Assembly: GCF_001457595.1 (NCBI RefSeq)
Contig: NZ_LN831039.1
Location: forward strand, 2,550,001-2,582,000
DNA length: 32,000 bases
Origin: Mycolicibacterium smegmatis
Lineage (GTDB): Bacteria > Actinomycetota > Actinomycetes > Mycobacteriales > Mycobacteriaceae
Direction of reading: 5' to 3'
Shown here piece by piece: positions 27,994 through 32,000 of this stretch. Position 1 is the first letter of the stretch, and every line of letters begins with the position of its first letter. A program made the position numbers and the translations under genes. Under the pieces are notes generated by a model, which was not told the DNA's origin, did not search any database, and worked only from the letters and a program-made list of their open reading frames with translations.

Positions 27994-30468
27994 ATGACAG
28001 AACACAAAACACAATCCGCCGGAGCCTCTCACAAGGGGGCTCCGGCGGGTTCGTCACGGCCGGCCAATGACCTGGCTGCGGCGGTCAGTCAGCTGCTCAC
28101 CGGTGGTCCGCGGCAACTGGATTCGGCCGCGCTGCGTGACGCGCTGCTCGATCTCTACGAATTCTGGCTCACCACAAAGGCAACCGAACTCGGCATCACC
28201 GCCGACAGCGGCTTCGCGATCGTCGCGACCGGCGGTCTGGGGCGCGGCGAGATGCTGCCGTACTCAGACCTCGATCTGATGCTGCTGCACGACAACATGC
28301 CCGTGGACGTCGTCACCGAGGTGGCCGAGAAGCTGTGGTATCCGTTGTGGGACGCCAACATTCGCCTCGATCACAGCGTCAGGACGGTGCCTGAGGCGCT
28401 CAAGGTCGCCGGCGAGGACATCTCGGTGGGCCTGGCGATGCTCGACGTGCGCCACATCGCGGGTGACGCGGACCTGTCGTCGCTTCTGGTGGGCGGTGCC
28501 CGCAGGCAGTGGCGCATCGGGATCGCGTCGCGTTTCGAGGAACTCGTCGAACACGCGCAGGCGCGCTGGCAGCGCAGCGGCCAGATCGCGCACCGCGCCG
28601 AGCCCGACCTCAAGTCGGGGCGTGGCGGACTGCGCGACGTCCAGCTGCTCAACGCGCTCGCGATCGCGCAACTCGCCGACGTGTACCCCAGCCGCGCACT
28701 GGCCTCGCCCACCGGAACGCTCGGCGGTGCGCACCTGGCACTGCTCAACGTGCGCACCGAACTTCACCGCGTGTCCGGGCGCGGCCGTGAACTCCTGCTG
28801 GCGCAGCACGCCGACGAGATCGGTGCGGCACTGCGCATCGGCGACCGGTTCGACCTGGCGCGCATGCTCTCGGACGCGGCCCGCACCGTCAGCTACTACG
28901 TCGATTCGGGGATCCGTACGGCGGCCAACGCGTTGCCGCGCCGCGGATTCGCCGCGTTGCGTCGCCCCGTGCGCCGACCGCTCGACGAGGGCGTCATCGA
29001 GTTCGCCGGCGAGGTGATCCTCGCGCGCGACGCGCGGCCCGAACGCGACCCCGGCCTGGTGCTGCGGGTCGCGGCGGCCTCGGCCACCACGGGTCTTCCC
29101 ATCGCGGTGTCCACGCTGAGCCGCCTGGCCGAGACCGCACCGGAACTGCGCACGCCGTGGCCGAGCCAGGCGCTCAAGGATCTGCTGGTGCTGCTGGCCG
29201 CGGGCCCCGCGGCGGTGGCGACCATCGAGGCGCTGGACCGCACGGGCCTGTGGGGCAGGCTCTTCCCCGAATGGGGTGCCGTGCGCGACCTGCCGCCGCG
29301 AGATGTGGTGCACATCTGGACCGTCGACCGGCATCTGGTCGAAACAGTTTCGCGGGCAAGTGCTTTCACCACCCGGGTGTCGCGGCCCGATCTGCTGCTG
29401 CTCGGCGCGCTGTGTCACGACATCGGCAAGGGCCGCGGCGGCGACCACAGCGTCATCGGCGCCGAGCTGGCCACGCAGATCGGCACGCGGCTGGGGCTGT
29501 GGCCGTCGGACATCGACGTGCTGTCCAAGCTCGTGCGCTACCACCTGCTGCTGCCGGAGACGGCAACCCGGCGGGATCTGCAGGACCCCAAGACCATCGC
29601 CGCGGTCGTCGACGCGCTGGGCGGCGACATGGTGGTGCTGGAACTGCTCGACGTGCTCGCCGAGGCCGATTCGCTGGCCACCGGACCGGGTGTGTGGGGC
29701 GACTGGAAGGCGTCGCTGATCGGGGATCTGGTGCGCCGCTGCCGGCTGGTGATGGCCGGTGAACCGCTGCCGCACCCGGATCCCATCGACCCGCGGTTCC
29801 TCGAGATCGCCGCGGACGTCGGGGTGCACGTCGAACTCACGCCGGGCGACGGTCAGCACATCTTCAACGTCACGATGATCGCGCCCGACCGCCGGGGCCT
29901 GCTGTCGAAGGCCGCAGGCGTGCTGGCGCTCAACTCGCTGCGGGTGCATTCGGCGTCGGTGAACAGCCACGAGGGTTCGGCGATCAACACGTTCGTGGTG
30001 TCCCCGCACTTCGGTTCGCCGCCCGCGGCCGATCTGCTGCGCCAGCAGTTCGTGCTGGCACTCGACGGCGATCTGGACGTGATCGGCTCGCTGGAGCGAC
30101 GTGAGCGCGAGGCCGCACAGTATCCGACCACGCGTGCGGGGGAGATCCTCGCCGCGGTGCCTGCCAACCACGTGCCCGCACCGCCGCGCCTGCTGTGGGC
30201 CGACGGCAGCAATCCCGGTGAGCTGATCGTGCAGATCCGCACGATCGACCGCGCTGGTCTGCTCGCGCGGCTCACCGCGGTGTTCGAACGCGACGGCGTC
30301 GACATCGCGTGGGCCAAGGTGACCACGCTGGGCTCGTCGGTGGTCGACGCGTTCGGGATCACCACCGCCGACGGCCGCACCGAGCAGGTGCGTCAGGAAC
30401 TCGAGCGCGACCTGTACGCGGTGCTGCCCACCCCGCCGCCTGCCAAGCCCGCCGAACAGGCCAGCTGA
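27994..30468 (+). CDS. glnD: PII nucleotidyltransferase (uridylyl/adenylyltransferase)
   Basis: 824 aa with nucleotidyltransferase [22 protein letters not shown] domain [25 protein letters not shown]-terminal ACT domains. Confidence 0.95.
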   Translation: MTEHKTQSAGASHKGAPAGSSRPANDLAAAVSQLLTGGPRQLDSAALRDALLDLYEFWLTTKATELGITADSGFAIVATGGLGRGEMLPYSDLDLMLLHDNMPVDVVTEVAEKLWYPLWDANIRLDHSVRTVPEALKVAGEDISVGLAMLDVRHIAGDADLSSLLVGGARRQWRIGIASRFEELVEHAQARWQRSGQIAHRAEPDLKSGRGGLRDVQLLNALAIAQLADVYPSRALASPTGTLGGAHLALLNVRTELHRVSGRGRELLLAQHADEIGAALRIGDRFDLARMLSDAARTVSYYVDSGIRTAANALPRRGFAALRRPVRRPLDEGVIEFAGEVILARDARPERDPGLVLRVAAASATTGLPIAVSTLSRLAETAPELRTPWPSQALKDLLVLLAAGPAAVATIEALDRTGLWGRLFPEWGAVRDLPPRDVVHIWTVDRHLVETVSRASAFTTRVSRPDLLLLGALCHDIGKGRGGDHSVIGAELATQIGTRLGLWPSDIDVLSKLVRYHLLLPETATRRDLQDPKTIAAVVDALGGDMVVLELLDVLAEADSLATGPGVWGDWKASLIGDLVRRCRLVMAGEPLPHPDPIDPRFLEIAADVGVHVELTPGDGQHIFNVTMIAPDRRGLLSKAAGVLALNSLRVHSASVNSHEGSAINTFVVSPHFGSPPAADLLRQQFVLALDGDLDVIGSLERREREAAQYPTTRAGEILAAVPANHVPAPPRLLWADGSNPGELIVQIRTIDRAGLLARLTAVFERDGVDIAWAKVTTLGSSVVDAFGITTADGRTEQVRQELERDLYAVLPTPPPAKPAEQAS

Positions 30469-31314
30469 TCAGCCGAGGGCCTGGTCGCCGATCACGGTGA
30501 GCAGGCGCAGATCGTCGGCCGCCGAGGATCCGGCGGGCGGCGTGAGCACGACGAGCTGCTGGCCGTCCGCGGCGGCCAGGACCTCACAGTCCAGCGTGAT
30601 GGGTCCGACGTGCGTCGAAAAGGTCTTGCGCTGCAGGCGCCGCACGGCCACCTCGTGACGCGACCACAGTTCGGCGAACTCGGGGCTGCGCGCCAGCAGG
30701 CCGTCGACGAGTTCGCGCATATCGGCTTCGGTGCGTCGCCGGGCCCACGCCGCGCGCAGGTCGGCCACCATGATGCGGCTGTGCTGGTCGTGCTCGACGT
30801 CCGGGAACTGTTCGCGCACAACAGGATCGATGAACCACTGCCAGATCATGCTGGCCTCCACCGTGGTCTCGGCGGTGGTGAGGTCGCCCATCAGAAGTTT
30901 GGCCATGGCGTTCTGCGCCAGCATGATCCCGGTGTCGGTGCACACGAACGCGGCGGCGTCGCGCATGCGGTCCAGGACGAACAGCAGCGCGGGACGCACA
31001 TGTGTCGAGAGCCCGCCCCGGTCCGGTACGGCGTGACCCGCCAGGCGGTAGAGGTGGTCCCGTTCGTCGTCGGTGAGGCGCAGGGCGCGAGCCAGCGCCC
31101 GCAGCATCTGCGGTGACGGCTGCGGGCCGCGGGCCTGTTCGAGCCGGCCGTAGTAGTCCACCGACATGCCCGTCAGCTGCGCGACCTCTTCTCGTCGCAG
31201 GCCCGCGGTGCGCCGCCGCGGGCCCTCGGGCAGTCCGACGTCCTGCGGCCTGATCGCCTCCCTGCGCCGGCGCAGGAACTCGGCCAGCGCGTCTCGGTCC
31301 ATCGGCTCGCCCAT
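30469..31314 (-). CDS. HTH (XRE-like) transcriptional regulator with MmyB-like ligand-binding domain
   Basis: From MGEPMDRDALAEFLRRRREAIRPQDVGLPEGPRRRTAGLRREEVAQLTGMSVDYYGRLEQARG, the hallmark of this regulator family. Alternative start at 31302. The track extension to 31563 overlaps the divergent AKR. Confidence 0.9.
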   Translation of the reverse strand: MGEPMDRDALAEFLRRRREAIRPQDVGLPEGPRRRTAGLRREEVAQLTGMSVDYYGRLEQARGPQPSPQMLRALARALRLTDDERDHLYRLAGHAVPDRGGLSTHVRPALLFVLDRMRDAAAFVCTDTGIMLAQNAMAKLLMGDLTTAETTVEASMIWQWFIDPVVREQFPDVEHDQHSRIMVADLRAAWARRRTEADMRELVDGLLARSPEFAELWSRHEVAVRRLQRKTFSTHVGPITLDCEVLAAADGQQLVVLTPPAGSSAADDLRLLTVIGDQALG

Positions 31315-31347
31315 CGCTTCATTGTCTCCCCGGGGCGGGGGTCGAGA

Positions 31348-31387
31348 CAGGGACCGCGGATCCCTGGTTACACACGTCGTTGTCACC
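31348..31387. promoter_or_regulatory. Candidate operators in the HTH/AKR divergent region
   Basis: CAGGGA-N7-TCCCTG (31348-31366) and GGTTACA-N8-TGTCACC (31366-31387, one mismatch). Confidence 0.45.
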
Positions 31388-31414
31388 GTCGGCGCCCGGA
31401 CGAACACTGGGCCC

Positions 31415-32000
31415 ATGCGAACCAAGACACTGGGAACCCTGACCACCTCGGCGGTCGGCCTCGGCTGCATGGCGATGTCGGGACCGTACGGCGAAGCCGA
31501 TCGCGCCGAGAGCATCGCCACCGTCCAGGCCGCGCTCGACGCGGGCATCACCTTGCTGGACACCGCCGACTTCTACGGCAGCGGGCACAACGAGATGCTG
31601 CTCGCCGAGGCGCTGCGCGGCAGGGCCCGCGACACCTACCTTCTGAGCGTGAAGTTCGGCGCCCAGATCGGCCCCGGCGTCACCTGGCTCGGCTTCGACG
31701 CGCGATCCGTGGCCGTCAAGAGCGCGGTGGCGTATTCACTGCAGCGTCTCGGGACCGACCACATCGACATCTGCCGCCCCGCGCGTCTGGACCCCGCGGT
31801 CCCCATCGAGGAAACCGTCGGCGCCATAGGCGAACTCGTCGACGCCGGCTACGTGCGGCACATCGGGCTGTCGGAGGTGGGCTCGGACACGATCCGGCGG
31901 GCGGCCTCGGTGCGTCCCATCGCCGACCTGCAGATCGAGTACTCGTTGATGTCACGCGGCATCGAGAACGACATCCTCGACACCTGCCGTGAGCTGGGTA
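31415..32000 (+). CDS. Aldo/keto reductase, 5' part (truncated by window end)
   Basis: ATG 31415: MRTKTLGTLTTSAVGLGCMAMSGPYGEADRAESIATVQAALDAGITLLDTADFYGSGHNEMLLAEAL..., VPIEETVGAIGELVDAGYVRHIGLSEV. Open to base 32000. Confidence 0.92.
   Translation, partial: MRTKTLGTLTTSAVGLGCMAMSGPYGEADRAESIATVQAALDAGITLLDTADFYGSGHNEMLLAEALRGRARDTYLLSVKFGAQIGPGVTWLGFDARSVAVKSAVAYSLQRLGTDHIDICRPARLDPAVPIEETVGAIGELVDAGYVRHIGLSEVGSDTIRRAASVRPIADLQIEYSLMSRGIENDILDTCRELG

Noticed and set aside
28264-30171. 635-aa minus-strand ORF over glnD, and similar ORFs at 24326-26110, 26197-28032, 17514-18794 and 15494-17022
   Set aside because: Antisense shadow ORFs of glnD, ftsY, amtB, rnc and sepIVA, respectively. No domain support.

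Overview
This 32 kb window is a conserved, gene-dense chromosomal segment from a high-GC actinobacterium. Gene order and protein sequences resemble Mycobacterium/Mycolicibacterium, close to M. smegmatis (inference, no database search was run). Gene order: 3' end of ung, lipoprotein(-), rpmB(-), DAK2/YloV-like gene, recG, exported HNH nuclease, GNAT(-)/TetR(+), two tandem aldo/keto reductases(-), lipN-like esterase, DsbA-like + VKOR pair, pyc, rsmD, coaD, hemerythrin, sepIVA-like gene, DUF177, rnc, mutM, a repeat-rich membrane protein(-), osmC-like gene, acyP, smc, ftsY, amtB-glnK-glnD, HTH regulator(-), and the 5' part of a third aldo/keto reductase. I found no CRISPR, mobile element, rRNA/tRNA or defence island, and no convincing new multi-gene system. 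The observations most worth checking are: (1) rsmD seems to require a non-canonical CTG start in a CTGA overlap with the pyc stop; (2) a SigF-type promoter before the hemerythrin gene; (3) a stem that would partly mask the sepIVA Shine-Dalgarno; (4) a 9-bp arm inverted repeat in the TetR/GNAT divergent region and two inverted repeats in the HTH/AKR region; (5) a GlnR-like site plus a structured leader before amtB and a 9-bp hairpin between glnK and glnD; (6) a ~180 bp low-GC patch (53%) in one aldo/keto reductase; (7) several -10-like hexamers placed 5-8 nt before start codons, suggesting leaderless mRNAs.
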